From assembly GCA_964016885.1 (NCBI GenBank), contig OZ024744.1, positions 120,838,001 through 120,902,000 of the forward strand: DNA of 64,000 nucleotides, in the 5' to 3' direction. Below the pieces are notes generated by a model, which ran no database searches, was not told the DNA's origin, and worked only from the letters and a program-made list of their open reading frames with translations. This document shows, piece by piece, positions 26,965 through 43,100 of the stretch. Source of the stretch: Eledone cirrhosa (lineage: Eukaryota). Position numbers and translations under genes: made by a program. The stretch's first letter is position 1, and each line of letters opens with the position of its first letter.

Positions 26965-29900
26965 CTCTCAATTCAGAGATTCTTTCCTGAGACGTTCTAA
27001 TCACATGTCATAGCATTAGAGATGTGATCTCTCAATTCAGAGATTCTTTCCTGAGAAATTCTAACCTCATGTCTGTAGTATCAGAGCTGTGATCTCTCAA
27101 TTCAGAGAATCTTTCCTGAGACATTCTAATTCCATGTCCACAGTATCAGAGCTGTGATCTCTCAATTCAGAGATTCTTTCCTGAGACATTCTAACCACAT
27201 GTCATAGTATCAGTGCTGTGATCTCTCAATATAGAGATTCTTTCCTGAGATATTCTAACCACATGTCATAGTATCAGAGCTGTGATCTCTCAATTCAGAG
27301 ATTCTTTCCTGGGATATTCTAAGCACATGTCATAGTATTAGAGCTGTGATCTCTCAATTCAGAGATTCTTTCCTGAGACATTCTTACCACATGTCATAGT
27401 ATCAGAGCTGTGATCTCTCAATTCAGAGATTCTTTCCTGAGACATTCTAACCACGTCATAGTATCAGAGCTGTGATATCTCAATTCAGAGATTCTTTCAT
27501 GAGACATTCTAACCACATGTCATAGTATCAGAGCTGTGATCTCTCAATTTAGATATTCTTTCCTGAGATATTCTAACCACATGTCATAGTATTAGAGCTG
27601 TGATCTCTCAATTCAGAGATTCTTTCCTGAGAACTTCTAACCACATGTCTGTAGTATCAGAGCTGTGATCTCTCAATTCAGAGATTCTTTCCTGAGATAT
27701 TCTAACCACATGTCATATTATCAGAGCTGTGATCTCTCAATTCAGAGATTCTTTCCTGAGACATCCTAACCACATGTCATAGTATCAGAGCTGTGATCTC
27801 TCAATTCAGAGATTCTTTCATGAGACATTCTAACCACATGTCATAGTATCAGAGCTGTGATCTCTCAATTTAGATATTCTTTCCTGAGATATTCTAACCA
27901 CATGTCAGAGTATCAGAGCTGTGATCTCTCAATTCAGAGATTCTTTCCTGAGAACTTCTAACCACATGTCTGTAGTATCAGAGTTGTGATCTCTCAATTC
28001 AGAGATTCTTTCCTGAGATATTCTAACCACATGTCATAGTATCAGAGCTGTGATCTCTCAATTCAGAGATTCTTTCCTGAGACATTCTAACCACATGTCA
28101 TAGTATTAGAGCTGTGATCTCTCAATTCAGAGATTCTTTCCTGAGAAATTCTAACCTCATGTCTGTAGTATCAGAGCTGTAATCTCTCAATTCAGAGAAT
28201 CTTTCCTGAGACATTCTTACTCCATGTCCACAGTATCAGAGCTGTGATCTCTCAATTCAGAGATTCTTTCCTGAGACATTCTAACCACATGTCATATTAT
28301 CAGTGCTGTGATCTCTCAATATAGAGATTCTTTCCTGAGATATTCTAAACACATGTCATAGTATCAGAGCTGTGATCTCTCAATTCAGAGATTCTTTCCT
28401 AGGATATTCTAACCACATGTCCTAATATCAGAGCTGTGATCTCTCAATTCAGATATTCTTTCCTGAGACATTCTAACCACATGTCATAGTATCAGAACTG
28501 TGATCTCTCAATTCAGAAATTCTTTCCTGAGACATTCTAACCACATGTCATAGTATGAGAGCTGTGAACTCTCAATTCAGAGATTCTTTCCTGATACATT
28601 CTAACCACATGTCATAGTATCAGATCTGTGATCTCTCAATTCAGAGATTCTTTCCTGAGACATTCTAACCACGTCATAGTATCAGAGCTGTAATATCTCA
28701 ATTCAGAGATTCTTTCTTGAGACATTCTAACCACATGTCATAGTATCAGAGCTGTGATCTCTCAATTTAGATATTCTTTCCTGAGATATTCTAACCACAT
28801 GTCATAGTATCAGAGCTGTGATCTCTCAATTCAGAGATTCTTTCCTGAGAACTTCTAACCACATGTCTGTAGTATCAGAGCTGTGATCTCTCAATTCAGA
28901 GATTCTTTCCTGAGACATTCTAACCACATGTCATATTATCAGAGCTGTGATCTCTCAATTCAGAGATTCTTTCCTGAGACATCCTAACCACATGTCATAG
29001 TATCAGAGCTGTGAACTCTCAATTCAGAGATTCTTTCCTGATACATTCTAACCACATGTCATAGTATTAGAGCTGTGATCTCTCAATTCAGAGATTCTTT
29101 CCTGAGACATTCTAACCACGTCATAGTATCAGAGCTGTGATATCTCAATTCAGAGAGTCTTTCCTGAGACATTCTAACCACATGTCATAGTATTAGATCT
29201 GTGATCTCTCAATTCAGAGATTCTTTCCTGGGATATTCTAACCACATGTCATATTATCAGAGCTGTGATCTCTCAATTCAGAGATTCTTTCCTGAGACAT
29301 TCTAACCTCATCTCATAGTCTAAGAGCTGTGATATCTCAATTCAGAGATTCTTTCCTGAGAACTTCTAACCACATGTCTGTAGTATCAGAGCTGTGATCT
29401 CTCAATTCAGAGATTCTTTCCTGAGATATTCTAACCACATGTCATAGTATCAGAGCTGTGATCTCTCAATTCAGAGATTCTTTCCTGAGACATTCTAACC
29501 ACATGTCATAGTATCAGAACTGTGATCTCTCAATTCAGAAATTCTTTGCTGAGACATTCAAACCACATGTCATAGTAGCAGACCTGTGAACTCTCAATTC
29601 AGAGATTCTTTCCTGATATATTCTAACCACCTGTCATAGTATCAGAGCTGTGATCTCTCAATTCAGAGATTCTTTCCTGAGACATTCTAACCACATGTCA
29701 TAGTATCAGAGCTGTGATCTCTCAATTCAGAGATTCGTTCCTCAGAACTTCTAACCACATGTCTGTAGTATCAGAGCTGTGATCTCTCAATTCAGAGATT
29801 CTTTCCTGAGATATTCTAACCACATGTCATAGTATCAGAGCTGTGATCTCTCAATTCAGAGATTCTTTCCTGAGATATTCTAAACACATGTCATAGTATC

Positions 29901-32900
29901 AGAGCTGTGATCTCTCAATTCAGAGATTCTTTCCTAGGATATTCTAACCACATGTCCTAATATCAGAGCTGTGATCTCTCAATTCAGATATTCTTTCCTG
30001 AGACATTCTAACCACATGTCATAGTATCAGAACTGTGATCTCTCAATTCAGAAATTCTTTCCTGAGACATTCTAACCACATGTCATAGTATGAGAGCTGT
30101 GAACTCTCAATTCAGAGATTCTTTCCTGAGACGTTCTAATCACATGTCATAGCATTAGAGATGTGATCTCTCAATTCAGAGATTCTTTCCTGAGAAATTC
30201 TAACCTCATGTCTGTAGTATCAGAGCTGTGATCTCTCAATTCAGAGAATCTTTCCTGAGACATTCTAATTCCATGTCCACAGTATCAGAGCTGTGATCTC
30301 TCAATTCAGAGATTCTTTCCTGAGACATTCTAACCACATGTCATAGTATCAGTGCTGTGATCTCTCAATATAGAGATTCTTTCCTGAGATATTCTAACCA
30401 CATGTCCTAGTATCAGAGCTGTGATCTCTCAATTCAGAGATTCTTTCCTGGGATATTCTAAGCACATGTCATAGTATTAGAGCTGTGATCTCTCAATTCA
30501 GAGATTCTTTCCTGAGACATTCTTACCACATGTCATAGTATCAGAGCTGTGATCTCTCAATTCAGAGATTCTTTCCTGAGACATTCTAACCACGTCATAG
30601 TATCAGAGCTGTGATATCTCAATTCAGAGATTCTTTCATGAGACATTCTAACCACATGTCATAGTATCAGAGCTGTGATCTCTCAATTTAGATATTCTTT
30701 CCTGAGATATTCTAACCACATGTCATAGTATTAGAGCTGTGATCTCTCAATTCAGAGATTCTTTCCTGAGAACTTCTAACCACATGTCTGTAGTATCAGA
30801 GCTGTGATCTCTCAATTCAGAGATTCTTTCCTGAGATATTCTAACCACATGTCATATTATCAGAGCTGTGATCTCTCAATTCAGAGATTCTTTCCTGAGA
30901 CATCCTAACCACATGTCATAGTATCAGAGCTGTGATCTCTCAATTCAGAGATTCTTTCATGAGACATTCTAACCACATGTCATAGTATCAGAGCTGTGAT
31001 CTCTCAATTTAGATATTCTTTCCTGAGATATTCTAACCACATGTCAGAGTATCAGAGCTGTGATCTCTCAATTCAGAGATTCTTTCCTGAGAACTTCTAA
31101 CCACATGTCTGTAGTATCAGAGTTGTGATCTCTCAATTCAGAGATTCTTTCCTGAGATATTCTAACCACATGTCATAGTATCAGAGCTGTGATCTCTCAA
31201 TTCAGAGATTCTTTCCTGAGACATTCTAACCACATGTCATAGTATTAGAGCTGTGATCTCTCAATTCAGAGATTCTTTCCTGAGAAATTCTAACCTCATG
31301 TCTGTAGTATCAGAGCTGTAATCTCTCAATTCAGAGAATCTTTCCTGAGACATTCTTACTCCATGTCCACAGTATCAGAGCTGTGATCTCTCAATTCAGA
31401 GATTCTTTCCTGAGACATTCTAACCACATGTCATATTATCAGTGCTGTGATCTCTCAATATAGAGATTCTTTCCTGAGATATTCTAAACACATGTCATAG
31501 TATCAGAGCTGTGATCTCTCAATTCAGAGATTCTTTCCTAGGATATTCTAACCACATGTCCTAATATCAGAGCTGTGATCTCTCAATTCAGATATTCTTT
31601 CCTGAGACATTCTAACCACATGTCATAGTATCAGAACTGTGATCTCTCAATTCAGAAATTCTTTCCTGAGACATTCTAACCACATGTCATAGTATGAGAG
31701 CTGTGAACTCTCAATTCAGAGATTCTTTCCTGATACATTCTAACCACATGTCATAGTATCAGATCTGTGATCTCTCAATTCAGAGATTCTTTCCTGAGAC
31801 ATTCTAACCACGTCATAGTATCAGAGCTGTAATATCTCAATTCAGAGATTCTTTCTTGAGACATTCTAACCACATGTCATAGTATCAGAGCTGTGATCTC
31901 TCAATTTAGATATTCTTTCCTGAGATATTCTAACCACATGTCATAGTATCAGAGCTGTGATCTCTCAATTCAGAGATTCTTTCCTGAGAACTTCTAACCA
32001 CATGTCTGTAGTATCAGAGCTGTGATCTCTCAATTCAGAGATTCTTTCCTGAGACATTCTAACCACATGTCATATTATCAGAGCTGTGATCTCTCAATTC
32101 AGAGATTCTTTCCTGAGACATCCTAACCACATGTCATAGTATCAGAGCTGTGAACTCTCAATTCAGAGATTCTTTCCTGATACATTCTAACCACATGTCA
32201 TAGTATTAGAGCTGTGATCTCTCAATTCAGAGATTCTTTCCTGAGACATTCTAACCACGTCATAGTATCAGAGCTGTGATATCTCAATTCAGAGAGTCTT
32301 TCCTGAGACATTCTAACCACATGTCATAGTATTAGATCTGTGATCTCTCAATTCAGAGATTCTTTCCTGGGATATTCTAACCACATGTCATATTATCAGA
32401 GCTGTGATCTCTCAATTCAGAGATTCTTTCCTGAGACATTCTAACCTCATCTCATAGTCTAAGAGCTGTGATATCTCAATTCAGAGATTCTTTCCTGAGA
32501 ACTTCTAACCACATGTCTGTAGTATCAGAGCTGTGATCTCTCAATTCAGAGATTCTTTCCTGAGATATTCTAACCACATGTCATAGTATCAGAGCTGTGA
32601 TCTCTCAATTCAGAGATTCTTTCCTGAGACATTCTAACCACATGTCATAGTATCAGAACTGTGATCTCTCAATTCAGAAATTCTTTGCTGAGACATTCAA
32701 ACCACATGTCATAGTAGCAGACCTGTGAACTCTCAATTCAGAGATTCTTTCCTGATATATTCTAACCACCTGTCATAGTATCAGAGCTGTGATCTCTCAA
32801 TTCAGAGATTCTTTCCTGAGACATTCTAACCACATGTCATAGTATCAGAGCTGTGATCTCTCAATTCAGAGATTCGTTCCTCAGAACTTCTAACCACATG

Positions 32901-33268
32901 TCTGTAGTATCAGAGCTGTGATCTCTCAATTCAGAGATTCTTTCCTGAGATATTCTAACCACATGTCATAGTATCAGAGCTGTGATCTCTCAATTCAGAG
33001 ATTCTTTCCTGAGATATTCTAAACACATGTCATAGTATCAGAGCTGTGATCTCTCAATTCAGAGATTCTTTCCTAGGATATTCTAACCACATGTCCTAAT
33101 ATCAGAGCTGTGATCTCTCAATTCAGATATTCTTTCCTGAGACATTCTAACCACATGTCATAGTATCAGAACTGTGATCTCTCAATTCAGAAATTCTTTC
33201 CTGAGACATTCTAACCACATGTCATAGTATGAGAGCTGTGAACTCTCAATTCAGAGATTCTTTCCTGA
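26965..33268. repeat. Tandem duplication of a 3139-bp unit (49 monomers), two copies
   Basis: GACGTTCTAATC at 26991 and 30130, CATGTCAGAG at 27901 and 31040, and GACCTGTGAA at 29581 and 32720, all at offset 3139. Confidence 0.92.
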
Positions 33269-34545
33269 TACATTCTAACCACATGTCATAGTATCAGATC
33301 TGTGATCTCTCAATTCAGAGATTCTTTCCTGAGACATTCTAACCACGTCATAGTATCAGAGCTGTAATATCTCAATTCAGAGATTCTTTCTTGAGACATT
33401 CTAACCACATGTCATAGTATCAGAGCTGTGATCTCTCAATTTAGATATTCTTTCCTGAGATATTCTAACCACATGTCATAGTATCAGAGCTGTGATCTCT
33501 CAATTCAGAGATTCTTTCCTGAGAACTTCTAACCACATGTCTGTAGTATCAGAGCTGTGATCTCTCAATTCAGAGATTCTTTCCTGAGATATTCTAACCA
33601 CATGTCATATTATCAGAGCTGTGATCTCTCAATTCAGAGATTCTTTCCTGAGACATCCTAACCACATGTCATAGTATCAGAGCTGTGAACTCTCAATTCA
33701 GAGATTCTTTCCTGATACATTCTAACCACATGTCATAGTATTAGAGCTGTGATCTCTCAATTCAGAGATTCTTTCCTGAGACATTCTAACCACGTCATAG
33801 TATCAGAGCTGTGATATCTCAATTCAGAGAGTCTTTCCTGAGACATTCTAACCACATGTCATAGTATTAGATCTGTGATCTCTCAATTCAGAGATTCTTT
33901 CCTGGGATATTCTAACCACATGTCATATTATCAGAGCTGTGATCTCTCAATTCAGAGATTCTTTCCTGAGACATTCTAACCTCATCTCATAGTCTAAGAG
34001 CTGTGATATCTCAATTCAGAGATTCTTTCCTGAGAACTTCTAACCACATGTCTGTAGTATCAGAGCTGTGATCTCTCAATTCAGAGATTCTTTCCTGAGA
34101 TATTCTAACCACATGTCATAGTATCAGAGCTGTGATCTCTCAATTCAGAGATTCTTTCCTGAGACATTCTAACCACATGTCATAGTATCAGAACTGTGAT
34201 CTCTCAATTCAGAAATTCTTTGCTGAGACATTCAAACCACATGTCATAGTAGCAGACCTGTGAACTCTCAATTCAGAGATTCTTTCCTGATATATTCTAA
34301 CCACCTGTCATAGTATCAGAGCTGTGATCTCTCAATTCAGAGATTCTTTCCTGAGACATTCTAACCACATGTCATAGTATCAGAGCTGTGATCTCTCAAT
34401 TCAGAGATTCGTTCCTCAGAACTTCTAACCACATGTCTGTAGTATCAGAGCTGTGATCTCTCAATTCAGAGATTCTTTCCTGAGATATTCTAACCACATG
34501 TCATAGTATCAGAGCTGTGATCTCTCAATTCAGAGATTCTTTCCT
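31480..34545. repeat. Nested tandem duplication of a 1535-bp unit (24 monomers)
   Basis: GACCTGTGAA at 32720 and 34255. The private variants GAGAGTCTT, CCACCTGTC and GTTCCTCAGA are present in both copies in the same order. Confidence 0.85.
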
Positions 34546-37144
34546 GAGACATTCTAACCACATGTCATAGTATCAGAGCTGTGAACTCTCAATTCAGAGA
34601 TTATTTCCTGATACATTCTAACCACATGTCATATTATCAGAGCTGTGATCTCTCAATTCAGAGATTCTTTCCTGAGACATTCTAACCACGTCATAGTATC
34701 AGAGCTGTGATATCTCAATTCAGAGATTCTTTCATGAGACATTCTAACCACATGTCATAGTATCAGAGCTGTGATCTCTCAATTTAGATATTCTTTCCTG
34801 AGACATTCTAACCACATGTCATAGTATTAGAGCTGTTATCTCTCAATTCAGAGATTCATTCCTGAGACATTCTAACCACGTCATAGTATCAGAGCTGTGA
34901 TATCTCAATTCAGAGATTCTTTCATGATACATTCTATCCACATGTCATAGTATCAGAACTGTGATCTCTCAATTCAGAGATTCTTTCCTGAGACATTCTA
35001 ACCACATGTCATAGTATTAGATCTGTGATCTCTCAATTCAGAGATTCTTTCCTGGGATATTCTAACCACATGTCATAGTATCAGAGCTGTGATCTCTCAA
35101 TTCAGAGATTCTTTCCTGAGACATTCTAACCACATCTCATAGTCTAAGAGCTGTGATATCTCAATTCAGAGATTCTTTCCTGAGACATTCTAACCGCATG
35201 TCATAGAATCAGAGCTGTGATCTCTCAATTCAGAGATTCTTTCCTGAGACGTTCTAATCACATGTCATAGCATTAGAGATGTGATCTCTCAATTCAGAGA
35301 TTCTTTCCTGAGAAATTCTAACCTCATGTCTGTAGTATCAGAGCTGTGATCTCTCAATTCAGAGAATCTTTCCTGAGACATTCTAATTCCATGTCCACAG
35401 TATCAGAGCTGTGATCTCTCAATTCAGAGATTCTTTCCTGAGACATTCTAACCACATGTCATAGTATCAGTGCTGTGATCTCTCAATATAGAGATTCTTT
35501 CCTGAGATATTCTAACCACATGTCATAGTATCAGAGCTGTGATCTCTCAATTCAGAGATTCTTTCCTGGGATATTCTAAGCACATGTCATAGTATTAGAG
35601 CTGTGATCTCTCAATTCAGAGATTCTTTCCTGAGACATTCTTACCACATGTCATAGTATCAGTGCTGTGATATCTCAATTCAGAGATTCTTTCCTGAGAC
35701 ATTCTAACCACGTCATAGTATCAGAGCTGTGATATCTCAATTCAGAGATTCTTTCATGAGACATTCTAACCACATGTCATAGTATCAGAGCTGTGATCTC
35801 TCAATTTAGATATTCTTTCCTGAGATATTCTAACCACATGTCATAGTATTAGAGCTGTGATCTCTCAATTCAGAGATTCTTTCCTGAGAACTTCTAACCA
35901 CATGTCTGTAGTATCAGAGCTGTGATCTCTCAATTCAGAGATTCTTTCCTGAGATATTCTAACCACATGTCATATTATCAGAGCTGTGATCTCTCAATTC
36001 AGAGATTCTTTCCTGAGACATCCTAACCACATGTCATAGTATCAGAGCTGTGATCTCTCAATTCAGAGATTCTTTCATGAGACATTCTAACCACATGTCA
36101 TAGTATCAGAGCTGTGATCTCTCAATTTAGATATTCTTTCCTGAGATATTCTAACCACATGTCAGAGTATCAGAGCTGTGATCTCTCAATTCAGAGATTC
36201 TTTCCTGAGAACTTCTAACCACATGTCTGTAGTATCAGAGCTGTGATCTCTCAATTCAGAGATTCTTTCCTGAGATATTCTAACCACATGTCATATTATC
36301 AGAGCTGTGATCTCTCAATTCAGAGATTCTTTCCTGAGACATCCTAACCACATGTCATAGTATCAGAGCTGTGAACTCTCAATTCAGAGATTCTTTCCTG
36401 ATACATTCTAACCACATGTCATAGTATTAGAGCTGTGATCTCTCAATTCAGAGATTCTTTCCTGAGACATTCTAACCACGTCATAGTATCAGAGCTGTGA
36501 TATCTCAATTCAGAGATTCTTTCATGAGACCTTCTAACCACATGTCATAGTATCAGAGCTGTGATCTCTCAATTCAGAGATTCTTTCCTGAGACATTCTA
36601 ACCACATGTCATAGTATTAGATCTGTGATCTCTCAATTCAGAGATTCTTTCCTGGGATATTCTAACCACATGTCATATTATCAGAGCTGTGATCTCTCAA
36701 TTCAGAGATTCTTTCCTGAGACATTCTAACCTCATCTCATAGTCTAAGAGCTGTGATATCTCAATTCAGAGATTCTTTCCTGAGAACTTCTAACCACATG
36801 TCTGTAGTATCAGAGCTGTGATCTCTCAATTCAGAGATTCTTTCCTGAGATATTCTAACCACATGTCATAGTATCAGAGCTGTGATCTCTCAATTCAGAG
36901 ATTCTTTCCTGAGACATTCTAACCACATGTCATAGTATCAGAACTGTGATCTCTCAATTCAGAAATTCTTTGCTGAGACATTCAAACCACATGTCATAGT
37001 AGCAGAGCTGTGAACTCTCAATTCAGAGATTCTTTCCTGATATATTCTAACCACATGTCATAATATCAGAGCTGTGATCTCTCAATTCAGAGTTTCTTTC
37101 CTGAGACATTCTAACCACATGTCATAGTATCAGAGCTGTGATCT

Positions 37145-40100
37145 CTCAATTCAGAGATTCGTTCCTGAGAACTTCTAACCACATGTCTGTAGTATCAGAG
37201 CTGTGATCTCTCAATTCAGAGATTCTTTCCTGAGATATTCTAACCACATGTCATAGTATCAGAGCTGTGATCTCTCAATTCAGAGATTCTTTCCTGAGAC
37301 ATTCTAACCACATGTCATAGTATCAGAGCTGTGAACTCTCAATTCAGAGATTATTTCCTGATACATTCTAACCACATGTCATATTATCAGAGCTGTGATC
37401 TCTCAATTCAGAGATTCTTTCCTGAGACATTCTAACCACGTCATAGTATCAGAGCTGTGATATCTCAATTCAGAGATTCTTTCATGAGACATTCTAACCA
37501 CATGTCATAGTATCAGAGCTGTGATCTCTCAATTTAGATATTCTTTCCTGAGACATTCTAACCACATGTCATAGTATTAGAGCTGTTATCTCTCAATTCA
37601 GAGATTCATTCCTGAGACATTCTAACCACGTCATAGTATCAGAGCTGTGATATCTCAATTCAGAGATTCTTTCATGATACATTCTAACCACATGTCATAG
37701 TATCAGAACTGTGATCTCTCAATTCAGAGATTCTTTCCTGAGACATTCTAACCTCATGTCTGTAGTATGAGAGCTGTGATCTCTCAATTCAGAGAATCTT
37801 TCCTGGGATATTCTAACCACATGTGATAGTATCAGAGCTGTGATCTCTCAATTCAGAGATTCTTTCCTGAGACATTCTAACCACATCTCATAGTCTAAGA
37901 GCTGTGTTATCTCAATTCAGAGATTCTTTCCTGAGACATTCTAACTCCATGTCCACAGTATCAGAGCTGTGATCTCTCAATTCAGAGATTCTTTCCTGAG
38001 ACATTCTAACCACATGTCATAGTATCAGTGCTGTGATCTCTCAATATAGAGATTCTTTCCTGAGATATTCTAACCACATGTCATAGTATCAGAGCTGTGA
38101 TCTCTCAATTCAGAGATTCTTTTCTGGGATATTCTAACCACATGTGATAGTATCAGAGCTGTGATCTCTCAATTCAGATATTCTTTCCTGAGACATTCTA
38201 ACCACATGTCATAGTATCAGAGCTGTGATCTCTCAATTCAGAGATTCTTTCCTGAGACATTCTAACCACATGTCATAGTATTAGAGCTGTGATCTCTCAA
38301 TTCAGAGATTCTTTCCTGAGAAATTCTAACCTCATGTCTGTAGTATCAGAGCTGTAATCTCTCAATTCAGAGAATCTTTCCTGAGACATTCTTACTCCAT
38401 GTCCACAGTATCAGAGCTGTGATCTCTCAATTCAGAGATTCTTTCCTGAGACATTCTAACCACATGTCATATTATCAGTGCTGTGATCTCTCAATATAGA
38501 GATTCTTTCCTGAGATATTCTAAACACATGTCATAGTATCAGAGCTGTGATCTCTCAATTCAGAGATTCTTTCCTAGGATATTCTAACCACATGTCCTAA
38601 TATCAGAGCTGTGATCTCTCAATTCAGATATTCTTTCCTGAGACATTCTAACCACATGTCATAGTATCAGAACTGTGATCTCTCAATTCAGAAATTCTTT
38701 CCTGAGACATTCTAACCACATGTCATAGTATGAGAGCTGTGAACTCTCAATTCAGAGATTCTTTCCTGATACATTCTAACCACATGTCATAGTATCAGAG
38801 CTGTGATCTCTCAATTCAGAGATTCTTTCCTGAGACATTCTAACCACGTCATAGTATCAGAGCTGTAATATCTCAATTCAGAGATTCTTTCATGAGACAT
38901 TCTAACCACATGTCATAGTATCAGAGCTGTGATCTCTCAATTTAGATATTCTTTCCTGAGATATTCTAACCACATGTCATAGTATCAGAGCTGTGATCTC
39001 TCAATTCAGAGATTCTTTCCTGAGAACTTCTAACCACATGTCTGTAGTATCAGAGCTGTGATCTCTCAATTCAGAGATTCTTTCCTGAGATATTCTAACC
39101 ACATGTCATATTATCAGAGCTGTGATCTCTCAATTCAGAGATTCTTTCCTGAGACATCCTAACCACATGTCATAGTATCAGAGCTGTGAACTCTCAATTC
39201 AGAGATTCTTTCCTGATACATTCTAACCACATGTCATAGTATTAGAGCTGTGATCTCTCAATTCAGAGATTCTTTCCTGAGACATTCTAACCACGTCATA
39301 GTATCAGAGCTGTGATATCTCAATTCAGAGATTCTTTCATGAGACCTTCTAACCACATGTCATAGTATCAGAGCTGTGATCTCTCAATTCAGAGATTCTT
39401 TCCTGACACATTCTAACCACATGTCATAGTATTAGATCTGTGATCTCTCAATTCAGAGATTCTTTCCTGGGATATTCTAACCACATGTCATATTATCAGA
39501 GCTGTGATCTCTCAATTCAGAGATTCTTTCCTGAGACATTCTAACCTCATCTCATTGTCTAAGAGCTGTGATATCTCAATTCAGAGATTCTTTCCTGAGA
39601 ACTTCTAACCACATGTCTGTAGTATCAGAGCTGTGATCTCTCAATTCAGAGATTCTTTCCTGAGATATTCTAACCACATGTCATAGTATCAGAGCTGTGA
39701 TCTCTCAATTCAGAGATTCTTTCCTGAGACATTCTAACCACATGTCATAGTATCAGAACTGTGATCTCTCAATTCAGAAATTCTTTGCTGAGACATTCAA
39801 ACCACATGTCATAGTAGCAGAGCTGTGAACTCTCAATTCAGAGATTCTTTCCTGATATATTCTAACCACATGTCATAGTATCAGAGCTGTGATCTCTCAA
39901 TTCAGAGATTCTTTCCTGAGACATTCTAAACACGTCATAGTATCAGAGCTGTAATATCTCAATTCAGAGATTCTTTCATGAGACATTCTAACCACATGTC
40001 ATAGTATCAGAGCTGTGATCTCTCAATTTAGATATTCTTTCCTGAGATATTCTAACCACATGTCATAGTATTAGAGCTGTGATCTCTCAATTCAGAGATT

Positions 40101-43100
40101 CTTTCCTGAGACATTCTAACCACATGTCATAGTATCAGAGCTGTGATCTCTCAATTCAGAGATTCTTTCCTGAGACATTCTAACCACATGTCATAGTATC
40201 AGAGCTGTGAACTCTCAATTCAGAGATTCTTTTCTTATACATTCTAACCACATGTCATAGTATTAGAGCTGTGATCTCTCAATTCAGAGATTCTTTCCTG
40301 AGACATTCTAACCACGTTATAGTATCAGAGCTGTGATATCTCAATTCAGAGATTCTTTCATGAGACATTCTAACCACATGTCATAGTATCAGAGCTGTGA
40401 TCTCTCAATTCAGAGATTCTTTCCTGAGAACTTCTAACCACATGTCTGTAGTATCAGAGCTGTGATCTCTCAATTCAGAGATTCTTTCCTGAGATATTCT
40501 AACCACATGCCATAGTATCAGAGCTGTGATCTCTCAATTCAGAGATTCTTTCCTGAGACATTCTAACCACATGTCTGTAGTATCAGAGCTGTGATCTCTC
40601 AATTCAGAGATTCTTTCCTGAGATATTCTAACCACATGTCATATTATCAGAGCTGTGATCTCTCAATTCAGAGATTCTTTCCTGAGACATCCTAACCACA
40701 TGTCATAGTATCAGAGCTGTGAACTCTCAATTCAGAGATTCTTTCCTGATACATTCTAACCACATGTCATAGTATTAGAGCTGTGATCTCTCAATTCAGA
40801 GATTCTTTCCTGAGACATTCTAACCACGTCATAGTATCAGAGCTGTGATATCTCAATTCAGAGATTCTTTCATGAGACCTTCTAACCACATGTCATAGTA
40901 TCAGAACTGTGATCTCTCAATTCAGAGATTCTTTCCTGAGACATTCTAACCACATGTCATAGTATTAGATCTGTGATCTCTCAATTCAGAGATTCTTTCC
41001 TGGGATATTCTAACCACATGTCATAGTATCAGAGCTGTGATCTCTCAATTCAGAGATTCTTTCCTGAGACATTCTAACCACATCTCATAGTCTAAGAGCT
41101 GTGATATCTCAATTCAGAGATTCTTTCCTGAGACATTCTAACCGCATGTCATAGAATCAGAGCTGTGATCTCTCAATTCAGAGATTCTTTCCTGAGACGT
41201 TCTAATCACATGTCATAGCATTAGAGATGTGATCTCTCAATTCAGAGATTCTTTCCTGAGAAATTCTAACCTCATGTCTGTAGTATCAGAGCTGCGATCT
41301 CTCAATTCAGAGAATCTTTCCTGAGACATTCTAATTCCATGTCCACAGTATCAGAGCTGTGATCTCTCAATTCAGAGATTCTTTCCAGAGACATTCTAAC
41401 CACATGTCATAGTATCAGTGCTGTGATCTCTCAATATAGAGATTCGTTCCTGAGAACTTCTAACCACATGTCTGTAGTATCAGAGCTGTGATCTCTCAAT
41501 TCAGAGATTCTTTCCTGAGATATTCTAACCACATGTCATAGTATCAGAGCTGTGATCTCTCAATTCAGAGATTCTTTCCTGAGACATTCTAACCACATGT
41601 CATAGTATCAGAGCTGTGAACTCTCAATTCAGAGATTATTTCCTGATACATTCTAACCACATGTCATATTATCAGAGCTGTGATCTCTCAATTCAGAGAT
41701 TCTTTCCTGAGACATTCTAACCACGTCATAGTATCAGAGCTGTGATATCTCAATTCAGAGATTCTTTCATGAGACATTCTAACCACATGTCATAGTATCA
41801 GAGCTGTGATCTCTCAATTTAGATATTCTTTCCTGAGACATTCTAACCACATGTCATAGTATTAGAGCTGTTATCTCTCAATTCAGAGATTCATTCCTGA
41901 GACATTCTAACCACGTCATAGTATCAGAGCTGTGATATCTCAATTCAGAGATTCTTTCATGATACATTCTAACCACATGTCATAGTATCAGAACTGTGAT
42001 CTCTCAATTCAGAGATTCTTTCCTGAGACATTCTAACCACATGTCATAGTATTAGATCTGTGATATCTCAATTCAGAGATTCTTTCCTGGGATATTCTAA
42101 CCACATGTCATAGTATCAGAGCTGTGATCTCTCAATTCAGAGATTCTTTCCTGAGACATTCTAACCACATCTCATAGTCTAAGAGCTGTGATATCTCAAT
42201 TCAGAGATTCTTTCCTGAGACATTCTAACCGCATGTCATAGAATCAGAGCTGTGATCTCTCAATTCAGAGATTCTTTCCTGAGACGTTCTAATCACATGT
42301 CATAGCATTAGAGATGTGATCTCTCAATTCAGAGATTCTTTCCTGAGAAATTCTAACCTCATGTCTGTAGTATCAGAGCTGTGATCTCTCAATTCAGAGA
42401 ATCTTTCCTGAGACATTCTAATTCCATGTCCACAGTATCAGAGCTGTGATCTCTCAATTCAGAGATTCTTTCCTGAGACATTCTAACCACATGTCATAGT
42501 ATCAGTGCTGTGATCTCTCAATATAGAGATTCTTTCCTGAGATATTCTAACCACATGTCATAGTATCAGAGCTGTGATCTCTCAATTCAGAGATTCTTTC
42601 CTGGGATATTCTAAGCACATGTCATAGTATTAGAGCTGTGATCTCTCAATTCAGAGATTCTTTCCTGAGACATTCTTACCACATGTCATAGTATCAGTGC
42701 TGTGATATCTCAATTCAGAGATTCTTTCCTGAGACATTCTAACCACGTCATAGTATCAGAGCTGTGATATCTCAATTCAGAGATTCTTTCATGAGACATT
42801 CTAACCACATGTCATAGTATCAGAGCTGTGATCTCTCAATTTAGATATTCTTTCCTGAGATATTCTAACCACATGTCATAGTATTAGAGCTGTGATCTCT
42901 CAATTCAGAGATTCTTTCCTGATACATTCTAACCACATGTCATAGTACTAGAGCTGTGATCTCTCAATTCAGATATTCTTTCATGAGACATTCTAACCAC
43001 ATGTCATAGTATCAGAGCTGTGATCTCTCAATTCAGAGATTCTTCCCTGAGACATTCTAACCACATGTCATAGTATTAGATCTGTGATCTCTCAATTCAG

